Source: Rebecca billardiae RCC1528
Lineage: Eukaryota > Protista > Haptophyta
Direction: 5' to 3'
Assembly (NCBI GenBank): GCA_965240325.2
Contig: OZ251238.1
Location: forward strand, 434,001 to 498,000
DNA length: 64,000 bases
Below are positions 1-11,257 of this stretch, piece after piece. A model generated the notes under the pieces. That model did not search any database. It was not told where the DNA came from and worked only from the letters and a program-made list of their open reading frames with translations. The translations under genes and the position numbers were made by a program. The stretch's first letter is position 1. The number at the start of each line of letters is the position of its first letter.

Positions 1-255
1 CGAGCTCACGACCGCCGCCATCCTTGCGGCAGGTCTTGTGCGTGCAGACGCGCAGAGTGCCGCGGAGCGTCTTCGCGGCGTCCGCGGCGCTCAGCGCGAG
101 CACCAAGACGAAAACGTGCCGCCATCTCGGCGTCGCTTGTCGCGGGGCGGCCGCCATCGATTTCGTCGCCTCACAAAAGCCGCGCGCTCGACTCGTCGAA
201 TGTTCTACCAGATTCGACTACAATACGGTTCGGACTGTCTTGTTGAGAATACAGT

Positions 256-1590
256 ATGGCGGACGATGGTGGCGGCGGACGTTGCTCGCCCCGGCTGCCA
301 GCCGAGGCGAGCGCGCTTCTGTGCACATTCGCGGACTACGTCGGCCTGTCAATGCTCACACCCGCCTTGCCCTTCTTCCTCGCCGAGCTGGGCGTCGTCG
401 ACGTCGAGCTCTGGGTCGGCGCCGTACTGAGCGCGCAGTATTTGGCAGTTGTGATCTTCAATCCGATCTGGGGGATGGTGGCGGATCGTTTCGGCGCGCA
501 GCGTGCGCTGCTGGGCGCAATGGTCGGAGACACGCTCTTCTTCGGCCTGACGGCCGTTGCCACGGTCCCCGGCGCGCTCGTCGCCGTGCGCTTTCTCGCA
601 GGTGGCTGCTCGCCGCTCGTGCCTGCGCTGTCGCTCATCTTCAGCGTGCTCACGCCCGAGAAGACCGCGCAGGGCATCGGGCGCTACTCGCTCGCGATCT
701 GCGGTGGATACGTGATAGGCGCTTCGACTGTCGGCGCGCTCTACCGCGCCGTGGGCTTCGCCGGCCTGCAGCTCACGTCCGCGGCCGTCGCGGCCATCGC
801 GGCCGTGTACACGGCGCTGAGCCCTCATGGCAAGAAGCCTCTGGGACAAGAAGCGCAAGTGTCCGGCGTGCGCACGGCGCTGCGCTCGCGCCACTTCGCC
901 GTGTACGCGGCGACGCAGTTCTTCGTCGGCTGGTGCATGAACATGGCGTTCGCGGTGGTCACGATCGCGCTGCGCGGCGAGTTTGGCTGGAGCGTGGCGG
1001 AGGTGGGCTACTGTTTTCTTGGCATTGCGGCCGTGCTCGCCGTGCAGTTCAGTTACGCAGTGCCGGCGCTGGTGGGGCGGCTGGGGATCGAGCGCGTGAT
1101 CGCGCTGGCTCTCACCGGGCTGTGCGCGCCGAGCGCCGTGCTCGCATCGCCCGCGCGTACGCACAGCGGGCTGGTGCTGTGCGCGATCGTCCTGTTCCAC
1201 TTTGTGGCCTTCACCGCCCTGCAGCTGCCCGCCACCGGGCGCGCGCGTGTGATCGCCTCGCGGTACACGCAGAACGGCACGGGCGCCATCACCGGCGTCG
1301 GCCGCACCTTCTTCGCGCTTGGCCAGGCGCTGAGCCCCGCGGCGAGCCTTGCGCTGTACGCGCTTGTCAGCCCGGCCGCACCGTGGCTGGTCAACCTCGC
1401 GCTCATCGCCACGCTCGCCGCGATGCACATTGCGACCGGCGTGTGGCCGGGAGAGCTGCGCGCGCAACTGCCGCCCCGGACGCACGCGGATGCCGACCAG
1501 CCCGGCGGGGCGTCCACGGCCGGCATCGATGACGGGGATGCAGCGGTCCAAGCCCCGCCCGCGGCCACCAAGAGCAGTGCTGGTGGCTGA
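256..1590 (+). CDS. Major facilitator superfamily transporter (DHA1/TetA-like), single exon
   Basis: 444-aa ORF with about 12 hydrophobic segments, an MFS motif-A-like GMVADRFGAQR and an N-terminal DYVGLSMLTPALPFF typical of drug:H+ antiporters. Confidence 0.85.
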   Translation: MADDGGGGRCSPRLPAEASALLCTFADYVGLSMLTPALPFFLAELGVVDVELWVGAVLSAQYLAVVIFNPIWGMVADRFGAQRALLGAMVGDTLFFGLTAVATVPGALVAVRFLAGGCSPLVPALSLIFSVLTPEKTAQGIGRYSLAICGGYVIGASTVGALYRAVGFAGLQLTSAAVAAIAAVYTALSPHGKKPLGQEAQVSGVRTALRSRHFAVYAATQFFVGWCMNMAFAVVTIALRGEFGWSVAEVGYCFLGIAAVLAVQFSYAVPALVGRLGIERVIALALTGLCAPSAVLASPARTHSGLVLCAIVLFHFVAFTALQLPATGRARVIASRYTQNGTGAITGVGRTFFALGQALSPAASLALYALVSPAAPWLVNLALIATLAAMHIATGVWPGELRAQLPPRTHADADQPGGASTAGIDDGDAAVQAPPAATKSSAGG

Positions 1591-2161
1591 TGCTGAGGCG
1601 CAGGACGGTGGGTAGGTCTGGTCGGGCGATGCTGAGAGTGAGGCGCAGGACGCAGTCATCACTATGACTGAATCACTATCAGGTAGCCCGGTAGGTACCT
1701 TGACTAGCTAGGTTAAGGGTATTCGGACATATTACTCATCGATCCGCATAGTCGTAATGTCGATTATAATACGCCGATATTATTATTATTATAAATAATA
1801 TATATATATATATATATTAACGACGTGGTATGCAACGGGCAGGCGTCAGAGTCAGCAAGCTGTAGCAGCAGATCGAGCAGCAGAGACAAACACCAGGATC
1901 AGCGCTCCTCGCCGTCGTCCCCCCCTCATAGTCGCCCATCACTCCATCGCCGAGCGGAAGCTCGACGCACCGTCTGGCGTCGACGCGCACGCGCCACCGC
2001 GGTGGTCGCGGTGCCACGCGTCGTCAGCCGTCGTCTCGAAGTAGTCGTCGTATGCAGCGCCCCCGCGGGCGCGTGCCCCCGGGCGCACGTGCGCCATGCG
2101 CGCGCGGGCGATGAGCATCTATATATGATTAAACTTTTCTGAGGATAGCGCACCAGCAATT

Positions 2162-4059
2162 TCCCTTGACCGCCATCCGGGCCGAAGTGGCGCAAAATGG
2201 CGGTTGCCCCGTTTGGGCGCCCTTCCGCGCCTTCGAGCGGCTCGTGCGCGTCGGAAAGTGCGCCGAAGCGTATCCGGAGCATGCTCCATCGACGCGTCGC
2301 ACTGCCGGGCCCTCGCATGCGAGCCCATGCGGACGTCTGAGTGCGCCTCGCTGCGCACGGTACAGCTTGACGGTACACGGCACGATTGGGCCCGCGAGCA
2401 GCCTCGTGCGCGCGACCGAGCCAGAGGTGGTCGTCAAGAGTAGCACGAGCGGCGGCACACGAGCGGGGCTGGTCGTTGCCGAATATCTGACGCACCAATC
2501 GACCTCGCCCAGCGCTATCTGCTCGTTTGTGCACGTGTTGGAAAGGATGAGCAGCTGCGTGCAAACGCCGAGCGCGCAGATGAGGCGTGGGCGAGCGAAG
2601 GGGCGGCGAGGGCCGGCGCGTGCGCGCGCGTAAATTCGAGCCTCCCCATACGCATCGAAACACACCGCGCTCGCTCGTCGAGCTGCGCACGGGTATCGGT
2701 GCGCGCGCGCCAACGCGGCGCGCCGTGAACGCGCCCGGCGAATGCACACCTGCTCGCGCGCGCACGCGCACGTGATGGACCGAGGAGGTCGCGCGAGCAT
2801 GCGCGATGTGTCTGGATTGAGCGTGTAGGAGGTGTAGGCTGCGCTCCGCACGCGCTCCGCCACCGTGCACCGCGCTGCTCCTCGTCCACGCGATCGCCGC
2901 CGAGCCCAGATTCAAACGCGCGCGAGCCCGCGAGCGCGCCTCCGAGCAGCGCTTGCAGCAATCGTGTCGAAGGCTTGGCGAGAGGCAGATGTGCATGGCA
3001 AGTAGCGCAATGGGGGTGCCCATCACGCACACACACCCGCGCACGCTCGCCGCACCACCTCGTCGTGCCCACGTTCAGCGCGCGGGGCGCACTTTGCGCC
3101 TCGAGCAGCTGCCGAGCGGCTCCCGCGCGCGGCGCGCGCAGCGAGTAGAACTCAGCCAATGGTCCGAGGGCGAGCCGGCCGAGCGTCGTGCGTGACGCAC
3201 ATGGACCTGGTGCAACGCCGCGTACCACTCGCAGCCACCATCGCGCCCGTACCAGCGAGCTGTGGCCGCCGCCGACACCCCAAAGCAGCCCAGCCGTCAG
3301 CGCGCGACAGCCGACGAGCGCGCGACGCGCGCGTGCACCACCGTGATGAGCACGGATGAGCGCGCGCGCCCGTGTCGTAGCTCAGGTGGGGGCCCCGATC
3401 GCACGCACCACCGCGCTGCCACGCCTTCGACCATCTTGTGTCACCACGCGGGCACACGCCGGGCAGGCGGCGGGGGCAGCCCGCTCGGCAAACGGTCAGC
3501 GCGCAGCGAGGATGGAGTCCGGCGAGGGGCGACCGGAGTGTCCGGCGCGACGGAGGTGGTCCATGCCGTGGTCGCCGACGCGTTCCTCACCACCTCCGAG
3601 GCCGTGGTGGCCGCCCGGGAGAAGGAATGCTCCCAGTCGCACCCTTTGCAGTGCTCCTTTGCGCGTGCACGCAACGGCGAGGAGCGGAAGCGTTAGAGGG
3701 CACTTTCTGTGCAGTTCAGGCGTTCTTTCCCCAAAATGTAGAATGCGCGGAGAAGTGCCCTCTAACGATTTTCGTGTGCAGCCGTGCCGCGCGCGCGAGG
3801 AAGGCCACATGCGGCTCCTTGCACATCTGCTGCAGATCGGCTTGTGCTCGGCGAGCGCGGCGAGGAGGAAGGTGCGCGCTCGCGAGCTGGCGCACCTGGG
3901 AGTCCTCGCGGCCTCCGAGCAGAAAGAGCGCGTCGAGCGCAACGCCGCAGGTCGCACGGTCGCGATCTCGCGAGAGCGGTGGTGCGAGGGCGGGCCTCGC
4001 CATCGCGCGTTTCTGCGTCCAAACGCGGCCTCCGTAAAATCCGGATGGCGGTCAAGGGA
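2162..4059. mobile_element. Nested 1.9-kb element with perfect 19-bp inverted ends, interrupting the left TIR of the outer element
   Basis: TCCCTTGACCGCCATCCGG (2162-2180) is the reverse complement of 4041-4059. The next 12 nt (4060-4071, TAGGGGGTCCAT) continue the outer TIR and match the reverse complement of 6441-6452. Confidence 0.7.
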
Positions 4060-4696
4060 TAGGGGGTCCATGACAGCAGCCCATTGATTTGTGATTTTCG
4101 ACAACCATGCGATTTAGGTGTCTGACGAGCGTGGCGCTTGCGGAGTCACTTACAAATATGTCCCAGAGCCCAGCCCAGCCGTTGGAAGCACTCAAAACCG
4201 ACTCCGCGCGCCGTCGCGCGGTCGTGCGCGCACGCCAGCTGCGCCACTGTGTCACATATTACAGATTCAGCCAAACGTCAAGGACTTGTTATGGCGGCTA
4301 AATGACGGTATGTCGTCGGACTTACTTATTCATAACCGTTGCAACCCGCCCCAACAAAATTAAGGTGGAATTGCTAAATTTTAGTAGGCATGATGAGTGC
4401 GCGTAGCGGTCGGTGAAAAACCACTCCAAGATCGAGCATTTTACCCATTTAATTAGAGATCCCCTACCCACACATACGCATAGACTTACCCGTTTATATA
4501 TAATACGGGTGCACTCTCTTATATATATTCATATTGGTGCCTATATGTGGGTACCGTGTTCAATACTGAGACTGGGTCATCCGAATAGGCGGCCGCCGCC
4601 GCGGAGCAGTCACTGCCGCTGCTCATGCCACTCGAACAGTGCCGCAGCAGGCCCGCACGGGCCTGATGCGGGCGGCGGGCTGCGTGCCGAGGCACA

Positions 4697-6199
4697 CTAG
4701 CAAGACCACCTCTGAGCATGCCACCATCCCAACACTCGCAGGAGAGCCCTCCGGCTCCGCCGTCGAGGCTTGCGTGCGCAGACTGGCAGTCGATTGCCGC
4801 CGCCAAGCTTGCCGCGGTCCGTTCGGCGACTTCCAAGCCCGTACTCTGTGTCACCGGCATCGTCGCCGTTCGTCGTACCCCGGCCCACGCGAGGCTGCCA
4901 CCGGTTCACCACTACTGCGACGGACTGCGCGCGCTTCGCCACGCGCTCGCCCCGAAGCTCCGCCGCTCTCCTCTCGCGCTTGAGCTCGGCGCCGTCGGCA
5001 GCCATGGCCGCCCGCTCGGCCGCAGCGCGATCTGTGCCACAGCACGCGCTGCGCTCGGCTTCGTCGGCGCGCAAGCTGGCGCGCGCAGCGTCGGCGACGG
5101 CGCGCGCGGTCGCCTTGCGCGACGAGTCCAGCTCCACCTGCTGCTCCGAGATGATCGCGTGCTCAGCAGGAGTCACGCGCTGCTCGTGCAGCGGCACCGT
5201 CACGCGGCCTGATGCGGAAATGCGCGGCGCGTCAGCGTCGGGGTGCGAGTCGAGGTCGCGGAAGGGGCAGCTGACGTGGGCGGCGCCCAGCAACTGGTCG
5301 TCGGTGTCCAGCTCCGCCAACCTCTCCGCCGCCGACGCGCCCAGCTTCCGGCTCAGGATGCGCTCCACGTCCTGGCGCTTGCCCTTCGACCACCTGTGCA
5401 CGGTCATCAGCCAGTTGCCGATCATCTCGAGCCGCGGCGAGTCGTGGCGCGCCGAGATGCCGTGCACGTCCGCGCAGGCGTGCGCGACCTTCTTGGGCTT
5501 CCTCATCCCACCGTCGCCCGCGGTCTGGGCGTACGCCGCGGTGAACACTCTGACCAACTGCTTGCGCTTCCTCAAGTTCTTCTTGAGCATGAGGTCCACG
5601 AGCGTGCGGAGGAGGTCGAGGAGCACGAAGTTGAGCACCGATGCGTACCGCGGGTGCGTGCCGGCCACGAAGCGGCAGCCAAAAGTGTGCATCACGTGAA
5701 TGGCGCGCGCCGCCGCCGCCGTCTCCTCGACCTGCTCCACGCGGACGTTGATGTCTGGCGGCAGCTCGAGCCTTGACTGCTGCACGCCATCGTGGCCGTC
5801 CGCGGAGGAGGTGAGCCCCTCTGCAGTGCTGGCGGGGACCTCGGGCGGGTCGCACATGTCCATGGACACGCGCACATCATCATCCGCCACGCCCTGGACC
5901 TCGTCATGCCCGGCGCGGCGGCCCGCAAGTTGGTCGGCGTCGAGCGCTCCTTGCGGCCGAGGCGTCGGGGGAGAGTCTGAGCACGAGAGCGCGGTGTCGG
6001 GTGAGCGAGAAGGCTGCGTCGAGTCGTTGTCGATGTCCACCCCACCGCGTAGGTCATGTTCGTCTCCGCGTAGGTCGCCAGCACGTGCTGCTAGGACTCG
6101 CTCCTTGGTCGCGAGCAGCACACGTTGAGCACGCAGATGCAAATTATGAAGCACGAGCTTCGGTTGAACCACGACTCCCAGCGAGAGCCCGGTCCGCAC
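4697..6199 (-). CDS. Hypothetical protein carried inside the TIR element (start uncertain)
   Basis: 500-codon ORF with a globular-looking core (HTFGCRF...LNFVLLDLLRTLVDLMLKK...NWLMTVHRW) and a coiled-coil C-terminus; no family recognised. Confidence 0.45.
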   Translation of the reverse strand: MRTGLSLGVVVQPKLVLHNLHLRAQRVLLATKERVLAARAGDLRGDEHDLRGGVDIDNDSTQPSRSPDTALSCSDSPPTPRPQGALDADQLAGRRAGHDEVQGVADDDVRVSMDMCDPPEVPASTAEGLTSSADGHDGVQQSRLELPPDINVRVEQVEETAAAARAIHVMHTFGCRFVAGTHPRYASVLNFVLLDLLRTLVDLMLKKNLRKRKQLVRVFTAAYAQTAGDGGMRKPKKVAHACADVHGISARHDSPRLEMIGNWLMTVHRWSKGKRQDVERILSRKLGASAAERLAELDTDDQLLGAAHVSCPFRDLDSHPDADAPRISASGRVTVPLHEQRVTPAEHAIISEQQVELDSSRKATARAVADAARASLRADEAERSACCGTDRAAAERAAMAADGAELKRERRAAELRGERVAKRAQSVAVVVNRWQPRVGRGTTNGDDAGDTEYGLGSRRTDRGKLGGGNRLPVCARKPRRRSRRALLRVLGWWHAQRWSC

Positions 6200-6541
6200 G
6201 AGTCATGGCTACCCGTCCGCAGCCGCCCAGCCGCTTGACGAGGCGCCTGCACCGAGGTGGGTGCGCCCAATGGCGAGCGGACGGCCGTCGATGAGGGCCA
6301 TCAGCCTCGCCGACCCCGTTCAGAGCTCCGCTCCCGCGCCGGGGCCAGCCGAGCGCGGATTTGGAATCTGCCGATCGCGAAAACCCGCCGAACAAGTTCT
6401 GAATGGAAAAGAAAAAAAAATCAAAACTCAATTTAATCTGATGGACCCCCTACAAGGGATTTTGCTGGTGCGCTATCCTCAGAAAAGTTTAATCATATAT
6501 ATATATATTAATAACTAAGTCCGCTAGCAGAGTACTTTAAA

Positions 6542-6598
6542 AGAGAGAGAGTCAGAGAGTCAGAGAGAGACAATGAGAGAGAGAGAGAGAGAGAGAGC

Positions 6599-6656
<58 letters not shown>
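6542..6656. repeat. Imperfect (GA)n microsatellite
   Basis: Directly visible. Confidence 0.95.
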
Positions 6657-6660
<4 letters not shown>

Positions 6661-7240
6661 AGTATTAGTGCGCGGCGGCCTGATATATAATAATAATATT
6701 ATAATGCATGACCGGCCGGCGGCCCGCTGCGACGGCGGCCGGATTTATTGGTCCATTCATCATTATCATATCATTCAGACTGCTACTACGTACGCGGTCA
6801 CATCGTCGTGTTTGTGAGTTGACTGAAGTGCATTCGACTAAGTAGTCAATGCAGTGAGAGTGCAGAGTAGTGCCGGGGTAAGACTATTAGTCGTGGCACT
6901 TTTAAATATAATAATAATAATAATAATACTGCTTATTCAAAGTGGGGCCGCGGCGGGACGCCGACGATCCGGAGCTGTCCGGTCGCCGTCAGTTGCTAAA
7001 ATTGTAGCCTTACCGCCACGGGTCACCTGGCTGGTGTGCGTGCCTGAGGGCTCCACCACGCAGCCTCGGCACCGCCCAATCGCCACCTAGCAGCTCGTGC
7101 GGCCGGCAGTCAGGCGGCAGCTGACTAGTGTGCGTGCAGCGCCACCTCCCGATGGCCATGAGCGGCTCCGAAGTCGTGCATAGCATGGGCCACCAGAGAA
7201 TCACGGCTACACCAGCACAGCCCATGTCTGTCAGCTTGCG

Positions 7241-7507
7241 CTATTCGGCACTGGCGGCGGCTGGCGCACCATCCGCCTGCGCGCCAGCTCCACGCACGGC
7301 TGCGGTCGCAGGCTTGAACGGTAGCGGAACCTGCATCGATGGCTTCAGAGCCTCCTGCAGCGCCTGTCCCCGCGCAACGCCGAGCTCGTCGAAAACGTCG
7401 TCAAGCTCAGCTTCGAGTTGCGCGCGCTGCGCCTCGGGTCGTGCGCGAGGGGGCACCGCACCAATCGGCACCGCACCAATGGGAGGCAGTTTACCGTCGT
7501 CCGCCAT
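7241..7507 (-). CDS. Small hypothetical protein (88 aa)
   Basis: ATG-started ORF with an amphipathic helix (QRAQLEAELDDVFDELG), divergent from the gene at 7699 across about 190 bp like the other pairs. Confidence 0.5.
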   Translation of the reverse strand: MADDGKLPPIGAVPIGAVPPRARPEAQRAQLEAELDDVFDELGVARGQALQEALKPSMQVPLPFKPATAAVRGAGAQADGAPAAASAE

Positions 7508-7698
7508 CGTTCGGTCGTCGATTTGTAGGCCAATTCTATGGTATGATTTAATTAAAGAGGCCGCGTCCGGTAACTTTCAGCATCAAAACCTGCCTGCCAC
7601 GCAATCCGGAGATTTCGAGTCGTTTTTTTTTCGACCCATCGCCATCGCGCCATCGTCGTCAGTTTGAGCGGCCGCGGCGCCGGGGAGCACTGGGCGCG

Positions 7699-10600
7699 AT
7701 GATGGACCGCACGCTCGCCACCACGGACTTTGACGACATCGAGTTTTTCCGCTCGCTCGAGGAGCAGTACCAGGTGCGCGCGCGTGGCGCCTGCGCACGC
7801 CATGTCCTCCGTGCACGGCGCGCGCGCGCGCGCGAGTGGCTGATTCGTGTTGCGCCCGCACCGCCGCTCGCGCCATGGCTGGCTCAGGCGCTGGAGCGCG
7901 AGCTCGTCCGCCGCCGGCGCTACGGGAACTCCGGCCCGATCGGCAGTATCACCTCCGCCCCGCCGCGCACCGCGTCGCCGCCGCGCGCGCGCGCGAGCGG
8001 CTCGCGCAACGCGCGGCCGCATGTGGACTCGGGCGTTGGCCTGCTGCCTCGCTCAAACTACGCGCCCGCCACGGGGCACGGGCGCGGGCGCGCGCACGGG
8101 CGGCGCGCGCGGTCGGCGTCGGCGAAGCGCGCCAGCGCGCCCGCGCAGCCCGCGCCCGCGCCGCTGCACCAGCCCTACCGCCCGCCGCCGGCTCCGGCGC
8201 CCGCTGAGCCCCAGGGCCGAGCGCACGCGCAGGGCCCGGCGCTGCTCGCAGCGATCGCCGACGCGGTCGGGGGCTCGCCCGACGCGGACTGGGCGCGCTC
8301 GTCGGTGCTCCAGCGGCTGGGCACGCTGCCGCCCGGCGCGGCGCGCCAGGCCGCGCACATCCCCGAGCTCCTGCACGCCGCCATGCTGCTCGGCGCCGTC
8401 GAGGCCGCCGGCAGCGCGCCCGCCGAGCGTGCCGCCTCGTGGGCGCCGGCGCTGCGCGCGGTCGCGGAGGTGTTCGGCGTGGACGCGGTGTTCATCTTCG
8501 TCGGCGGGGACTCGGAGGGCGCCGCTGAGGCGCTCACGCTCATCGCCTCGTGGCTCGCGGGCAACCGCGACGTCGGCCCCGTCGGCTCGGTGGTCACTGC
8601 GATCGCGCACCGCGCGCACGTGACGCGCGGACCCATCTGCATCGACGCGCGCGCGCCCAACCCGATCTTCGGCGGGTGCGCGCTGGCCGTGCCGCTGGCG
8701 GGCGTGGTGGGCGAGGGCGGCAGCCCACCGGGCGTGCTGCTGCTCGCGCGCTGGCGCGGCGGCGCGCTCGACGCGCGCGAGCGCCCCTTCGCCTTCCCCG
8801 ACGACGCGGAGTCCATGGCAGCGATCCTGTGCTCGGCGCTGCGGCCGGCGATTGCCCGCGGGCTGGCGCGCGGCGAGGGCTGGGCGGAGCAGCCGCTGCG
8901 GTCGGACGGGTCGGAGGCGGGGTATAGCATGTACGCGGGCGGCGCGGCGGCGGGGGCCGCGAGCCCCGCGCGCCCGGCCCACCTGCCGCCGCCGCTGCCC
9001 GTCGGCGCGCGCGTGCTCGCCAACTGGCGCTCGGGCGGCACGTGGCACGCCGGCCAGATCGTCGCCTCGGACGCGCGCTCGCGCACGTACGCGGTCCGGT
9101 ACGACGACGGCGACGACGAGGCGGGCGTGGAGGAGGAGCGCGTGCGCGCCGATCCGCACGCCGGGGTGCCGCGCACGCCGCAGCACGCGCCGCGCCACGC
9201 CTCGTCGCAGCTGCCCACGCCGCCGCCACACGGCGCGCGCTCGGCGCGCGCGTCCGACGCGACCGAGCAGCAGCCGCAGCAGCAGCAGCAGCAGCAGCTG
9301 CTGCAGCAGCAGCTGCAGCAGCAGCAGCAGCAGCTGCAGCAGCTGCAGCAGCAGCAGCTGCACCTCGCCACCGCCGACGCGCTCGACAGTGAGCGGCGCA
9401 CACGCGCGGGCTCGGAGCGCGGCGGGAGCCGCACTCCGCGCGCGGACGGCTCAGATGCCGCAAGCGCCGACGCGCTCCGAGCCGTGCTGGCGAGGCTCGA
9501 GTCGCTCGAGACGAGCGCGCGCGGCGAGCGAGCGGAGGTGGCGACGCTCGCGGCGGAGACGGCGGAGGCGGGGCGGCGCGCGGCGGAGGAGGCGGCGAGG
9601 CGCGCGGACGAGGCGACGGCGCGGATCGAGGCGGCGGCGCGCGCGTCGCTGCACGCCGCGGACGAGCGCGCCACCGGCCTGCAGACCGCGCTGGAGAGCG
9701 CCCTCGCCTCCGCGCTCGCCGAGCAGCGGAAGCTTCTGGAGGCGCTGGACGAGCGGGTGCGCTCGGTGGAGGAGCGCTCGGGAGAGCCGGCGGCCGGCGA
9801 GGCGGCGGGCGCGGCGCACGCGGCGCTGGCGGCGGAGGCGCAAGCGCAGCTGGCGAGGCAAGCCGAGCAGGCGCAGGCGCGGCTCGACGCCGTCGCGGCG
9901 CAGGCGCAGGCCAAGGTGGACGCCGTCGCCGCGCACGCCCTCGCGGAGAGGGAGGCGCGAGCGGCGCCGAGCGCGCAGGAGCGAGCAGAGCCGCGCGCGC
10001 CGCCCGCCGCTGCGCACGCCGGGCAGCCGGCCGCGCCGCAGCCAGTGGCACCCACGCAGCCCGAGGCCGACGCGGCGCGTGAGGCAGATGCCCAGGCGGC
10101 GCAGCGTGACTCCTTGCGCGAGCTCGAGCTGATGCAGGCGGACCTGCGCGCGCGCACGGAGGCGCTGCGCCTCTCCAGGGAGCAGCAGTGGCACGGCGGC
10201 TGGGCAGAGGGACGGGCCACGAGCGCGCCGCGCCCGCTGACGGTGCGCCGCCCGCGCCGCGCGCCGCCCGCGCCGCCCCGTGCTGCCCGCGCGCGCGCAC
10301 GCTCACGCGCACACGCACGCGCGCCCTCCTCCGCGCGCATCGTGCCCGCAGCACCGCCCGCCCGTGCACCCTGCTACCTCCCGCCACGGCGAGACGGAGG
10401 CGGGAGGGCTGTTTGCCGAGCTGCGCGCGCCCGGCTCAGAGACGCTCGCGCAGATGAAGGCGCGGCGCGCGCGCGTCGCGCGCATGCTGCACACGCTCGA
10501 GCAGCTGAGCAGCGCGCCAGACCCGGAGTCGGCCCTCCGCTTGCTCACGCCCACGCGCGCTGCCGACGGGCAGCCGTACGCACACGCGCACGTGGCGGGC

Positions 10601-10747
10601 GCGGCCAACGGTCACGGCCAGTCGGGCTCGCACAGCCAGAACGGGCACGGCGCCGCAGCGCCGCAGCCACACGCGTACCCGGCGCACGCGCCGGAGGCGC
10701 AATGGCACCCTGCGCAATCCCCGCAGCTGCCACCATGGCAGCAGTAA
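7699..10747 (+). CDS. GAF-like + Tudor-like + polyQ + coiled-coil protein; exons 7699-7773, 7888-10242, 10352-10747
   Basis: GT-AG introns 7774-7887 and 10243-10351 keep frame. Tudor-like VGARVLANWRSGGTWHAGQIV...YAVRYDDGDDE; GAF-like ALAVPL...GVLLLAR...PF...D; CAG-encoded polyQ about 9268-9360. Confidence 0.7.
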
Positions 10748-11257
10748 GCTTGATGCGCTGCTGAATCGGTACCCGGTCCCGGTCCCGGTCGCGATCTAGC
10801 TGATGCTGCGCGCGCTATGGTTTTATAAGCGCGCGCGTGATCGATGACCGTACGCCGACGACCGGATAATGATCAGACGCGCGGTGCGGCGCCGGTCAGG
10901 CCCCGGACCGCCCGACGGCGGCGGGCTGGGCCTGGGGCCGTGGGGCGTACTGCGTAGCGGCTGCGCTTCACTAGACACTAGTCATATATCAGTCTGATGA
11001 TCGCGACGACTCATCACTCTGCTACTGCTCGGATGACTACGACTGCTGCTGCTCTGGCACCGGATTGCATATAGTATAGTAGACGACTAGAGACACTGAC
11101 ACCGAAGATAGGCGGGCGCTCTAACTCCGCGCAGCAAAAGCGGCGCTGATGATGATGATGGGACCGCGCCCGCTACGAGTACGACTCTTCCTCGGCCAAT
11201 CCTCGGGCCATAGTACTCATGATGAGGCCTGGGCCTACTAGCGGTCCGCCCGCTTCA

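Larger units (their letters stand above)
2127..6494. mobile_element. TIR-bounded DNA element (4.4 kb) in an ATATAT/(TA)n site; no recognisable transposase
   Basis: 2127-2168 GATTAAACTTTTCTGAGGATAGCGCACCAGCAATTTCCCTTG matches the reverse complement of 6453-6494 at 40/42 positions; ATATAT lies on both sides. Confidence 0.85.

Noticed and set aside
2200-4030. Transposase or zinc-finger gene in the inner element
   Set aside because: Only scattered CxxC fragments in different frames; no coherent gene model or DDE motif.
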